Positions 11,652 to 20,857 of a DNA stretch of 64,000 bases are shown in pieces (position 1 is the first letter of the stretch; each line of letters opens with the position of its first letter). A program made the position numbers and the translations under genes. This stretch comes from Bdellovibrionota bacterium. GTDB taxonomy: Bacteria > Bdellovibrionota_G > JALEGL01 > DATDPG01. Under the pieces are notes generated by a model that saw nothing but the letters and a program-made list of their open reading frames with translations, was not told the DNA's origin and searched no databases. The stretch covers positions 1,568,001 through 1,632,000 of the forward strand of contig OY764265.1 of assembly GCA_963668355.1 (NCBI GenBank), in the 5' to 3' direction.

Positions 11652-13088
11652 ATGGCAAAACTCTTCGGGCTGCTCATATTGGTTTTTGCGGTTGGCTGTG
11701 ATCAATCGCCTTCAACCTTGGCTTCCGGGGGCCAGATTGTGCTTCGAGGCGAAAGGCCTCAATCTGAATACGGAGCGAGTGGAGATCTTGTGGGAGATCT
11801 CAATGCGGATGGTTTTGGCGATGTGGTCATTGGGGCCCCGGGGGATTCCCGGAACGGAAACAACGCGGGAGCCGTCTACGTTTACTTTGGATCCTCTTCT
11901 GGAATTTCGGAAACACCCGATGCTGTTTTGTTGGGGGGTGCGGGGGATCGCTTTGGATCTTCCTTGCGAGGGGTTGGAGATGTAAATCAAGATGGAATCG
12001 ATGATTTAGCGATTGGGGCGTTGTCGTCGAGTCGGCAAGGCTTTTCGAATCAAAGCGTCGTCCATTTTTTTTGGGGTCGAAGAGCCGGATTGTTGACTAC
12101 GGCAGAGGAAGTTTCGGAAGGGGTTCGGTATTCAGAAGTTTCGGACCTTACGTTGATCAATGACATCACCCAAGAACTTCCCATGGTTTCTGCTGCCGGG
12201 GATTTGAATCAGGATGGACGTTTGGATGTCGCTGTGGGCTTGCCTCAGGGTGATCGTGTGGTTGTGTTTTTAGGAGGGAGTGCTTTTCCCACTGCGCCAC
12301 TGTTTTCATTTTCCCAAGCCAACCTTCATTTTATCGGAAAGGAAGGAGACTCTTTTGGAGCTTCTCTGGCAGCCGTAGGGGATGTGAACGGCTTTAATCA
12401 AGGCTCAGATACCCGATTTGGGGATGATTTGTTGATCGGGGCCCCCCATGCGGAAGGCGGGGGAAAGGCTTTTTTGGTTTTGGGGCATTCGGGATTGTCG
12501 GGAACAAAAGCGATTGATGAAGTCAGCTCGGTTTTCTCAGGGGATCGGGAGGGCGATTTTTTTGGAGCCTCCGTGGCAGGTATTGGAGATTTCGATGCAG
12601 ATGGTTTTGGAGACCTGGCCATTGGCGCTCCCGGAAATGGCGCCGGATATGTTGAAGTGTATTTTGGACAATCCCAAAGTGGTCCCCTTTCCACACGACT
12701 TCCCTTGAAAATCCTTGGAGAGATGGAAGGGGATGGTTTTGGAACCGCCATCTCTGGATCGATTGAAGCGACTCTCCTGGGAGTTTCAGCTCTGTATGTG
12801 GCTGCGCCAAACAGCAACTTCGTTCATGAAGGGGGAGGACTTTTTTATCAGTTTACACAAGCCCTTTACCCTGGAGACACCTCCGGAAGTGGAATTACCC
12901 TTCAAGCATCCGCAGCGGATCAGCGTTTTCAAAACCTGGTGGGCGGTAGCGGGCAGAATTCCTCGTTCGGTTTCGTATTGGCCTCCGGCTTAGATGTTAC
13001 AGGAGACGGAAATGGAGATGTGCTTGTGGGGGCACCCTATTCCAATACAGCCGGAGAAGATGCCGGCCAGGCCATTCTTTATTGGTGA
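11652..13088 (+). CDS. FG-GAP / integrin-alpha-like beta-propeller lipoprotein
   Basis: Lipobox FAVGC; repeated GDxNxDGxxDxxIGAP and FGxSL motifs. Confidence 0.88.
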   Translation: MAKLFGLLILVFAVGCDQSPSTLASGGQIVLRGERPQSEYGASGDLVGDLNADGFGDVVIGAPGDSRNGNNAGAVYVYFGSSSGISETPDAVLLGGAGDRFGSSLRGVGDVNQDGIDDLAIGALSSSRQGFSNQSVVHFFWGRRAGLLTTAEEVSEGVRYSEVSDLTLINDITQELPMVSAAGDLNQDGRLDVAVGLPQGDRVVVFLGGSAFPTAPLFSFSQANLHFIGKEGDSFGASLAAVGDVNGFNQGSDTRFGDDLLIGAPHAEGGGKAFLVLGHSGLSGTKAIDEVSSVFSGDREGDFFGASVAGIGDFDADGFGDLAIGAPGNGAGYVEVYFGQSQSGPLSTRLPLKILGEMEGDGFGTAISGSIEATLLGVSALYVAAPNSNFVHEGGGLFYQFTQALYPGDTSGSGITLQASAADQRFQNLVGGSGQNSSFGFVLASGLDVTGDGNGDVLVGAPYSNTAGEDAGQAILYW

Positions 13089-14062
13089 AGATTTCCCCAA
13101 TTCGGAAAATTTGAAAACGTTCCCATTTGGTTATGAGGAAAAAGAGCCGAAAGCTCCTGGAGGAGTTTTCCGGCCTCAGAGTCTGGATGGAAATAGTGGA
13201 CGGACATTTTGTTCGTGAAAAAATCGAGAACCAGTCGAAGGTCCGAAAGGTTTTGACCTTGTTTGAAAAAGGGAGAATCTGGATTTTTACCCAACCTGTT
13301 TGAGGGCGTTCGAAGCAAGACTTCCCGCTCAACCAGTTCATTGGCAATTTGAGAGAGCCAGAACAAAACATGAGATTCAACGATGTCAGGGCTATTCGAT
13401 TCCCTTGCTGCCTTAGAAATCGCATAGAATGGTTCGCAATAGCGTTGGAAGGTGATGCGTTTTGTAAGGGTCCAAGCGCTCGAAAGTTGCTGATCCAGAA
13501 AAGACATCACGCGTGTGTGTTCGGCTTGGCTCAAAACTTCTAAAACTTCCCCCTGTGTTCTCGGATTGGGTGCGCGAAGGAAATTTCGGACGGCCTCAAG
13601 CGACCGGGATCGGAGAGGAGAAATTTCGGCGACTTTTCCCTCCAAATGAATCAGATCTTCTCGGCTGAGCTCAATGAGTGCCGTGCGCAGGTGGGATTGA
13701 AATTCAGGCGTTCGGAAGTACGGCTTGTGAAATTTCTTGAATAAAGCCAATTGCTGCTCGGTCGTAAAAAACTCCTGAGTGACCGATTCTTGCCAGAGCA
13801 GAAGGGCGTCACTCAAGTTTTCCATTTCTGCTAGAGCCGTAAGCCTCCCTATCTGTGAGGGAGAAAAAGATTTGAACAATTTCGTATCCTGCAGAGCGGG
13901 GAGGGCTCTGGAGACTCGGAAACCATGAACGAAGCTCACCGCTTCCTGAGAAACGCGCACCACAAGAGAATTGGCGTGGAGTTTTGTCAAAGGGAGGAGG
14001 GTCGTCGCGATCACCGCCCAAACGATAAATTGTGTTGTTCTAGAAGATTTCATCCTGCGCAT
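13079..14062 (-). CDS. Hypothetical exported, largely helical protein
   Basis: Long ORF with a signal-peptide-like N-terminus (FIVWAVIATTLLPLTKLHA); no motif recognised; start uncertain (14053, 14062 or 14116). Confidence 0.6.
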   Translation of the reverse strand: MRRMKSSRTTQFIVWAVIATTLLPLTKLHANSLVVRVSQEAVSFVHGFRVSRALPALQDTKLFKSFSPSQIGRLTALAEMENLSDALLLWQESVTQEFFTTEQQLALFKKFHKPYFRTPEFQSHLRTALIELSREDLIHLEGKVAEISPLRSRSLEAVRNFLRAPNPRTQGEVLEVLSQAEHTRVMSFLDQQLSSAWTLTKRITFQRYCEPFYAISKAARESNSPDIVESHVLFWLSQIANELVEREVLLRTPSNRLGKNPDSPFFKQGQNLSDLRLVLDFFTNKMSVHYFHPDSEAGKLLQELSALFPHNQMGTFSNFPNWGNLHQ

Positions 14063-14341
14063 CTCGCTCGGGGAGAGTTTGAGCAAGGCCTGTGACACGC
14101 AGAAAATGTATAACATATTGAAATAATAGATAAAAAATAAAAGATTTCCCGGGAAATGGGTCTGGGGAGAGACATCTTCGTCCCTTTTGGGGAATGTGCT
14201 ATGAAGGAAAAACGTTGAAAGAAAATGCAGGAAGTTTGCTCAGAGAGTTGATTTCCGCATTCGCTTGTGGCAAAGTCCGCCGCAGAAAAATAGAATATAA
14301 CAAAAAATAAACCTAAGTAACCGAAAAGACTAGGAAAATCA

Positions 14342-14599
14342 GTGGAAGCAAAAGCAAAAATCATGGGCAAGTACCAGAGACATGAACAAGATACGGGTTC
14401 GCCCGAAGTGCAGATTGCCTTATTGACCGATCGCATTACGTACCTTACGGAGCATTGTAAGACGCATAAGAAGGACGCTCACTCTCGCCGTGGATTATTG
14501 AGAATGGTTAGTCAGCGTCGTGGTCTTCTTGACTATTTGAGAAAAGTCGACGCAGACAGCTATCAAAAGGTCATTGCGGGCCTTGGCATTCGTAAGTAG
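14342..14599 (+). CDS. rpsO: 30S ribosomal protein S15
   Basis: [36 protein letters not shown] start. Confidence 0.98.
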   Translation: MEAKAKIMGKYQRHEQDTGSPEVQIALLTDRITYLTEHCKTHKKDAHSRRGLLRMVSQRRGLLDYLRKVDADSYQKVIAGLGIRK

Positions 14600-14648
14600 C
14601 CATCATTTGGCTCCTACCCACTAGTCTCACACAAAAGGAAAAATCATC

Positions 14649-16865
14649 ATGCATAAGGAAATTACCATTCAATTTCATGGCAGACCTTTGTCGATCGAAG
14701 TCGGAAAAGTCGCAAAACAAGCGAATGGATCTGCAATCTTAAAATATGGAGAATCTACTGTATTAATCACAGCTGTAGCGGCTCAGACGGATCGAGAAGG
14801 GGTCGACTTTTTACCTCTTTCCGTGGATTACTTTGAACGTTTTGCGGCAGCAGGAAAGATTCCCGGAGGATTTTTTAAACGAGAAGGTCGTCAAACCGAG
14901 CGAGAAATTCTGGTTTGCCGGTTATGTGATCGACCCATTCGCCCCTTATTCCCGGATGGGTATCGAAGGGAAACACAGGTCAACGCAACGGTTCTTTCAA
15001 ATGATCCCGATTGCGACACGGATGTGTTGGCGGTCATGGGTTCTTCTCTGGCCTTACATGTTTCTGACATTCCTTTTCACGGACCCATCGCCGCAGTTCG
15101 CGTAGGTCGCGTGGATGGAACGTTGATTTGTAACCCGACAAAAGAACAATCCGAAAAATCCGACATGGACATCGTGGTTGCCGCCAGCAAAGAAGCGATT
15201 GTCATGGTTGAAGGTGGTGCTCAGGAAGTTCCTGAAGCCGACGTTTTGGACGCATTGATGTTTGGATTTGATTCCGTTCAGCCCCTTTTGGCCATTCAGG
15301 ATGAGATGCGCGAAGCCGTGGGCAAAGAAAAGTTCTCTGTCGAAGTTCCGGTGAACGGAGAGAACAACCAATTTGCTTCGATGGTTCAAGAAAAGGCTTT
15401 GGAAAAAGTCAAAGCCGCACTGGCGAATGTGGAAAAGATTCCTCGTTACGCAGCGATTCGCAAAGCCAAAGAGGAGATCTTGGCCCAGCTCATTGAAGAG
15501 GATGCCGCCAATGAAGAAAAGACAGGTTTAATCAAGGAAGCGGTGTCGGATCTCATCAAGAAAGAAACGCGACGAATGATCGTGGACGAGCAAAAACGAT
15601 TGGACGCGCGAGGGACGAAAGACATTCGAAACATATCTACCGAAGTGGGGCTGCTGCCTCGCGCACACGGAAGCGCCTTGTTCACACGGGGCGAAACACA
15701 AGCTTTGGTGACGGCAACTTTGGGTACGGGAGATGACGAACAGAGAATCGATTCCCTGGAAGGTGAGTGGAGAAAGAAATTCATGCTTCACTATAACTTC
15801 CCCGCTTTTTCTGTTGGAGAAGTACGGCCAAATCGAGGTCCGGGTCGCCGAGAAATCGGCCATGGTACCTTGGCCCATCGAGCCATTGAGAAAGTTCTTC
15901 CCGGAGACGAATTCCCTTACACGATCCGCGTCGTTTCAGACATTTTGGAGTCCAACGGATCTTCTTCCATGGCAACGGTCTGTGGGGGATCCATGTCATT
16001 GATGGACGCAGGGGTTCCCTTGAAGGCTCCAGTTGCTGGAATCGCAATGGGATTGATCAAACATGATGATGACTTCGTTGTTCTCTCAGACATTTTGGGA
16101 GATGAAGACCACATTGGCGATATGGACTTTAAAGTGGCCGGTTCTGAAAATGGCGTGACCGCCATTCAGATGGATATCAAAGTTCGTGGCATTAGCCGGG
16201 AAATTCTTAACCAAGCCTTGGAGCAAGCCAGAGAAGGTCGGTTGCACATTCTTGGATGCATGAAGCAAGGTTTGGAATCTCCCCGTGAGGAACTCTCCAA
16301 ATATGCTCCACGGATCGAGACCATTCAAATCCCAACCGATAAAATCCGAGACATCATCGGACCGGGTGGAAAAATGATTCGTGCCATCATGGAAGAATCT
16401 GGTGCCAAGCTGGATGTGGAAGACTCCGGGATCGTAACCATCGCTTCCAATGATGCTGAGGCCCTTAGAATCGCTCGGGAAAAAGTCGAAGGCATTACAG
16501 CCGTTCCTGAGGTCGGTAAAGTCTACAAAGGGAAGGCAGTTCGCGTGGTTGATTTTGGCGCGTTTGTTCAGATCCTTCCGAACACCGATGGTCTCTTGCA
16601 CGTTAGTGAGATGGATTCCGAAGAGCGTGTGTATGATGCCAATGACTTCATCAAAGAAGGTGAAGACGTTGAAGTGAAAGTGCTCGAAATTGATCGAGCC
16701 GGGAAAGTGAGACTCACGCAATATATCGAAGGAGAAAATCCACACCGTCAGGAGCGAAAGCCTCGGAATGACCGAAACAGTCGAGATCGTAACTCCCGAG
16801 ATCGGGGACGAGGTGGAAGAGACGGAGGAAGAGGCGGGCGAGACCGTCGTCCCCCCCGAAGATAG
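14649..16865 (+). CDS. pnp: Polyribonucleotide nucleotidyltransferase (PNPase)
   Basis: [51 protein letters not shown] and S1 domains; R/G/D-rich tail. Confidence 0.99.
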   Translation: MHKEITIQFHGRPLSIEVGKVAKQANGSAILKYGESTVLITAVAAQTDREGVDFLPLSVDYFERFAAAGKIPGGFFKREGRQTEREILVCRLCDRPIRPLFPDGYRRETQVNATVLSNDPDCDTDVLAVMGSSLALHVSDIPFHGPIAAVRVGRVDGTLICNPTKEQSEKSDMDIVVAASKEAIVMVEGGAQEVPEADVLDALMFGFDSVQPLLAIQDEMREAVGKEKFSVEVPVNGENNQFASMVQEKALEKVKAALANVEKIPRYAAIRKAKEEILAQLIEEDAANEEKTGLIKEAVSDLIKKETRRMIVDEQKRLDARGTKDIRNISTEVGLLPRAHGSALFTRGETQALVTATLGTGDDEQRIDSLEGEWRKKFMLHYNFPAFSVGEVRPNRGPGRREIGHGTLAHRAIEKVLPGDEFPYTIRVVSDILESNGSSSMATVCGGSMSLMDAGVPLKAPVAGIAMGLIKHDDDFVVLSDILGDEDHIGDMDFKVAGSENGVTAIQMDIKVRGISREILNQALEQAREGRLHILGCMKQGLESPREELSKYAPRIETIQIPTDKIRDIIGPGGKMIRAIMEESGAKLDVEDSGIVTIASNDAEALRIAREKVEGITAVPEVGKVYKGKAVRVVDFGAFVQILPNTDGLLHVSEMDSEERVYDANDFIKEGEDVEVKVLEIDRAGKVRLTQYIEGENPHRQERKPRNDRNSRDRNSRDRGRGGRDGGRGGRDRRPPRR

Positions 16866-16897
16866 TTCAATAGAAGGGCAATGCCCTTTGGGAACGT

Positions 16898-17770
16898 ATG
16901 GCAGATCTAGGCTTATTCCTTTCGTGTGTTTTCATTTGGGGAACCACCTGGTTTGCGATCAAATTTCAATTGGGAAATGTTGACCCTGCGTTATCCATTG
17001 CCTATCGGTTCTTTTTGGCTTCCCAGATTTTGCTGGTGTTTTGCCGACTTCGAGGATTGAAACTGAGGTTTTCATGGGGCGACCATGTGAGAATGGGGGT
17101 CCAGGGCACATTTCTCTTTTGTTTGAGCTATCTTTTTGAATATTTTGCCATTGAACATGTCACGTCGGGGTTGGTGGCCGTTCTTTTTTCGACGGTCATT
17201 GCCATGAACATCTTCAATGGTGCTCTTTTTTTTCATCAACCCATCAATGGAAAGTCTTTGATGGGAGCTGTTTTAGGGATGGTTGGGATTTTTTTGGTAT
17301 TCTCCAATGAATGGCTTTCTCTGGAAATGGATTTGAATCAATGGAAGGGAATGGCTTTTTGTTTAGTGGGAGCTTTTTTTTCTTCGATTGGGACCCTTTT
17401 TTCGGTTCAAAACCAAAAACGTGGAATTTCGGTGACCCAAGGAAATGCATACGGAATGATGTACGGATCGCTGATTACGTTTCTTTTTGTCCTATTTACG
17501 GGCACAGAAGTTCACATTGATATTTCTCCATCCTATTTAATTTCTTTGTTTTATCTGACGGTTTTTGGGTCGGTATTGGTTTTTGGAGCGTATTTAAAGC
17601 TTTTTTCTAGAATGGGAGCGGTCCGAGCTTCCTACGTGAACATTCTTTTTCCTGTGGTGGCGTTGATGATCTCCTCGTTATTTGAGATCTATGTTTGGAG
17701 CTATCTGGCAGGGTTTGGGTTTGTTCTGATTCTGCTTGGAAACTATTTTGTCTTACGCAAAAACGCCTAA
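16898..17770 (+). CDS. EamA/DMT family transporter
   Basis: IWGTTWFAIK, AYRF, about 10 hydrophobic segments in two EamA repeats. Confidence 0.9.
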   Translation: MADLGLFLSCVFIWGTTWFAIKFQLGNVDPALSIAYRFFLASQILLVFCRLRGLKLRFSWGDHVRMGVQGTFLFCLSYLFEYFAIEHVTSGLVAVLFSTVIAMNIFNGALFFHQPINGKSLMGAVLGMVGIFLVFSNEWLSLEMDLNQWKGMAFCLVGAFFSSIGTLFSVQNQKRGISVTQGNAYGMMYGSLITFLFVLFTGTEVHIDISPSYLISLFYLTVFGSVLVFGAYLKLFSRMGAVRASYVNILFPVVALMISSLFEIYVWSYLAGFGFVLILLGNYFVLRKNA

Positions 17771-17794
17771 ATTACTGGTGAGCAATACCCTGCG

Positions 17795-18670
17795 TCAGAA
17801 TGTGAAATCAACGCCCAGGGTGATGGCTTTGGTGTTGGCGGTGTTTTTCCCGTAGACGGTTTGTTGGTATAGGACAAAGAACCCCAATAGATCGCTTGCT
17901 TTGTAAGATAGGCCGATCCCGATTCGGTCTGCGTCTTCTTCAACCGCCGGATAGAAGTTTGGCAGATTGTAAAACTGAATGCTGTCTCCACCCAATTGTT
18001 CAACATGTTGGTAAAGAAAACGGGCTGAAAACTCATTGGTGATATTGATTCCAGGTTCAATCATGATTTCAAATTGATTGGCCGGTTCGCCCAGTCGAAG
18101 GACGTAGCTGAAGCTTCCGCGGATATATGAGCGAATCGACGGTATTCGGGCTCCGGTAAGAAGGACAAGCCCAAAATCACTTTGGCCATCTCCTGGAGAG
18201 TTGGCAATTTCACCGACCGCGTACGACCCAGGAAACTTGGTAAAGCCCCTAAGTCCCAAGGAAAATCCCTCGTTAAACAAAATGTAGTTGGCGCCGAGAA
18301 AGACATCTCCCAAACCTGAGTTGGTGTCGACATCCCGGACTTCACCGTTCCAGGCTTCCACGCCCAAAATATTTCCGTCTACATCGGTTTGGACAAACAC
18401 AAAACTTCGTTGAGAGATGACGAAGGGAAGAAGGATGTCCATGGAGAAGTGTTCAACGGGAGTATACTCGGCATACAAGGCCAACTCATATTGGGTGATT
18501 TCTCCCGGAAGCGCCACGGAGGTCCCCCCTGATTTCAAAAACTGGTCCCATTGGGCTCCCGTTAAAGAAAAAGCGGTTCGCAGCGTTCCTTTTGGAGGAA
18601 CCCAAAGATGATCTGCCTTGGCAGGTAAAACCCACAAAAACAGGCAGGATATGACGAGGATAACTCGCAT
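17795..18670 (-). CDS. Putative outer-membrane beta-barrel protein
   Basis: Signal peptide (LPAKA), alternating amphipathic strands, SGLGD motif, C-terminal GVDFTF (BAM-type Phe). Start at 18670 or 18679. Confidence 0.7.
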   Translation of the reverse strand: MRVILVISCLFLWVLPAKADHLWVPPKGTLRTAFSLTGAQWDQFLKSGGTSVALPGEITQYELALYAEYTPVEHFSMDILLPFVISQRSFVFVQTDVDGNILGVEAWNGEVRDVDTNSGLGDVFLGANYILFNEGFSLGLRGFTKFPGSYAVGEIANSPGDGQSDFGLVLLTGARIPSIRSYIRGSFSYVLRLGEPANQFEIMIEPGINITNEFSARFLYQHVEQLGGDSIQFYNLPNFYPAVEEDADRIGIGLSYKASDLLGFFVLYQQTVYGKNTANTKAITLGVDFTF

Positions 18671-18683
18671 CACAGGCATGGAT

Positions 18684-18699
18684 TGCAAGTTCGGCGCCA
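18684..18699 (-). promoter_or_regulatory. Sigma-54 -24/-12 promoter
   Basis: Minus strand reads TGGCGC-CGAAC-TTGCA directly upstream of the barrel gene. Confidence 0.65.
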
Positions 18700-18731
18700 G
18701 AGTTGATGAATGAAAGAAAGAAAAAATCTAT

Positions 18732-19136
18732 TTATTTCGATAGCTTATGTTTGTACAAATCGTAGCGATCGACCAAATACTGCACCAAGGATTCCATAGC
18801 GGGGCTTTCAAGGGGCAGGGGGGTTCCTTCCATCCGATGCTCAATGTCGGAATTGATATCTTCTTTCAAGTTCTTAAAATGATTGGCGAGCTTCTGAGGG
18901 TCGAGTTTGTGAGGCGTATCGTGGCAGGCTTTGCAAGGTCGTTTCCCCAGGTAATTGTAAATTTCTAAATTCCCCGTTTCCCAGACATTCTCCATAAAGA
19001 GCCTTTTTCCGGCTCGGACTTTTTCTTTGGAGAGCATTGCAGGCAACTTTGGCGGAGGAGGAGGTACATACGTCTGGGAGGCAAAAGTCCATGTCGCCAT
19101 TCCCAAAACAGCTATGCCAATGAAAAACCGCTTCAT
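18732..19136 (-). CDS. Small periplasmic monoheme c-type cytochrome
   Basis: Signal peptide, GKRLF helix, single CKACH heme-binding motif, distal Met candidates. ATGA overlap with the upstream kinase. Confidence 0.72.
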   Translation of the reverse strand: MKRFFIGIAVLGMATWTFASQTYVPPPPPKLPAMLSKEKVRAGKRLFMENVWETGNLEIYNYLGKRPCKACHDTPHKLDPQKLANHFKNLKEDINSDIEHRMEGTPLPLESPAMESLVQYLVDRYDLYKHKLSK

Positions 19137-20806
19137 AATTTTCCGGATCGTATGATCGAAAACAAGAGTCCCAAACCAAGAACTCCTGCTAAGACGTATC
19201 CTACCACACCGAAGAGGGGCATGTTGAGAAAGTGCGGCCCCCGATCCGCAAAAGTTAGAACAGAGGACCCCACCACTAAACCGGCAATGACGACAGCGAA
19301 TGCCATTCGATTGGAAGCCCGATCTAGTTCGGTAATGGCCCGATTTAAATGTTCAACATTCAATTTGACCGAAACCTCATTGGCCATGAGTCTTTGAAGT
19401 AGATGTTTGATTTGTGTGGGAAGATTGCGAAAGTCTTTAAGGTTCCACATCACCTCTCGTACCAGATGGGTAGGTCGAAATTGTCTTTTGACAATCTCAC
19501 CTGCAAATTCCTGCCCTTCCTTCAGAAGATCAATGTCTGGATCCAATTTGCGAATCATGTCCTCCGCCAAAATCAGAACGCGCCCCACTAAAACTAAATC
19601 GCGGGGCAGGCGAATGCGGTGCTTTCCCGCCACAGATGCGGCCTTAGTAAGGACAGAGCCCAGGTCTATGTGGCCGATGGAGCGACCAAAGAGCGGGCTC
19701 AGGAGCTTTTCCAAGTCATCCGAAAAACGCTCAATATTGATCGGCCCCAAGGGTTTCCCAAGTTCGATGTATTCGCGAGCCAGGTTCCCGTAGTCATGAG
19801 AAAGAAGAGATACGAAAATGCTCGCAAGAGAGGATTTTGCGTTAAAGCCGAGTCGACCCACCTCACCGAAATCCACAAAGGCGATACGATTCCCAGGGAG
19901 CGCAAAAACATTTCCTCCATGTAGATCAGCATGAAACAGTCCATGAATGAAAAGTTGTTTTAAAAAGGCGTCCACGCCAACCTTGCACAATCGTTTTAAG
20001 TCGTAACCCTCACGTTTTAAACGGTCAATATCGTAAAATGGAACGCCTTCGATTTCCTCCATTGTGAGAATTCTGCGTGAAGTCATTTCCCAATAAATCT
20101 CAGGGATCACGACCGCTTCGGTGTCCTCAAAGTTGGCTCGAATGACGTCGATGTTCTGGGCCTCCTCAATGAAGTTGGTTGCACTGCGAATCAAGGAGGA
20201 AAATTCATCCACAATTCCAACGGGGTCGAAGGTCTCCAGTTCAGATAAGTATTTTTCCGCAAGTTTCGCGAGAAAGAACAAAATGGATAAATCCGTTTCG
20301 ATGGTCTTTTCAATTTTTGGACGTTGAACTTTTACAACGACCTTTTTGCCATCCTTTAAGGTGGCTCGATGAACTTGTGCAATGCTCGCGGCAGCCAAAG
20401 GCTTTTCTTCAAAGTTAGAAAAAGCTTCTGAAAGGGGTGTGTCCAATTCATCTTCGATGAGGGCTTGAATTTCTGAAAAGGCCACGGGTTGAACCCGATC
20501 TTTGAGTCGTTCAAACGCTTTGGAAAATTCTACTGTCACCAAGTCGGGTCTTCCGGAAAGCATTTGCCCCAATTTGACGAATGCGGGCCCCAATTCCTCG
20601 AATGCGTCGCATAGTCTTTCTGCTGGACTCCGTCGCTCCAGCTCTTTGGAATCCATTTTTTTAGAAGCGGATATTTGCCTGGAGAGGCCCAGGGACTCAA
20701 TGAGTTGAGAAAATCCGTATTTGGCCAAGACCGTTAAAATCTGTCGCGTTCTTTTGATGTTCTTATAGGCACGATTCAAATTGGGAATGCCACTCATGGA
20801 AGCCAT
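19133..20806 (-). CDS. UbiB/AarF (ABC1) family protein kinase-like protein
   Basis: ELGPAFVKLGQ, AAASIAQVH, VVKVQRP, FHADLHGGN, DFGEVG, two C-terminal TM helices. Confidence 0.94.
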   Translation of the reverse strand: MASMSGIPNLNRAYKNIKRTRQILTVLAKYGFSQLIESLGLSRQISASKKMDSKELERRSPAERLCDAFEELGPAFVKLGQMLSGRPDLVTVEFSKAFERLKDRVQPVAFSEIQALIEDELDTPLSEAFSNFEEKPLAAASIAQVHRATLKDGKKVVVKVQRPKIEKTIETDLSILFFLAKLAEKYLSELETFDPVGIVDEFSSLIRSATNFIEEAQNIDVIRANFEDTEAVVIPEIYWEMTSRRILTMEEIEGVPFYDIDRLKREGYDLKRLCKVGVDAFLKQLFIHGLFHADLHGGNVFALPGNRIAFVDFGEVGRLGFNAKSSLASIFVSLLSHDYGNLAREYIELGKPLGPINIERFSDDLEKLLSPLFGRSIGHIDLGSVLTKAASVAGKHRIRLPRDLVLVGRVLILAEDMIRKLDPDIDLLKEGQEFAGEIVKRQFRPTHLVREVMWNLKDFRNLPTQIKHLLQRLMANEVSVKLNVEHLNRAITELDRASNRMAFAVVIAGLVVGSSVLTFADRGPHFLNMPLFGVVGYVLAGVLGLGLLFSIIRSGKL

Positions 20807-20857
20807 AGGGTGATCCTCTCTGAGTGGAGCATCAAAATCAAGGTTTGTGTTCCGCGT

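Noticed and set aside
16874..16888. Hairpin AAGGGC-AAT-GCCCTT after pnp as a terminator
   Set aside because: Short stem, 3-nt loop and poor U-tract; not supportable.
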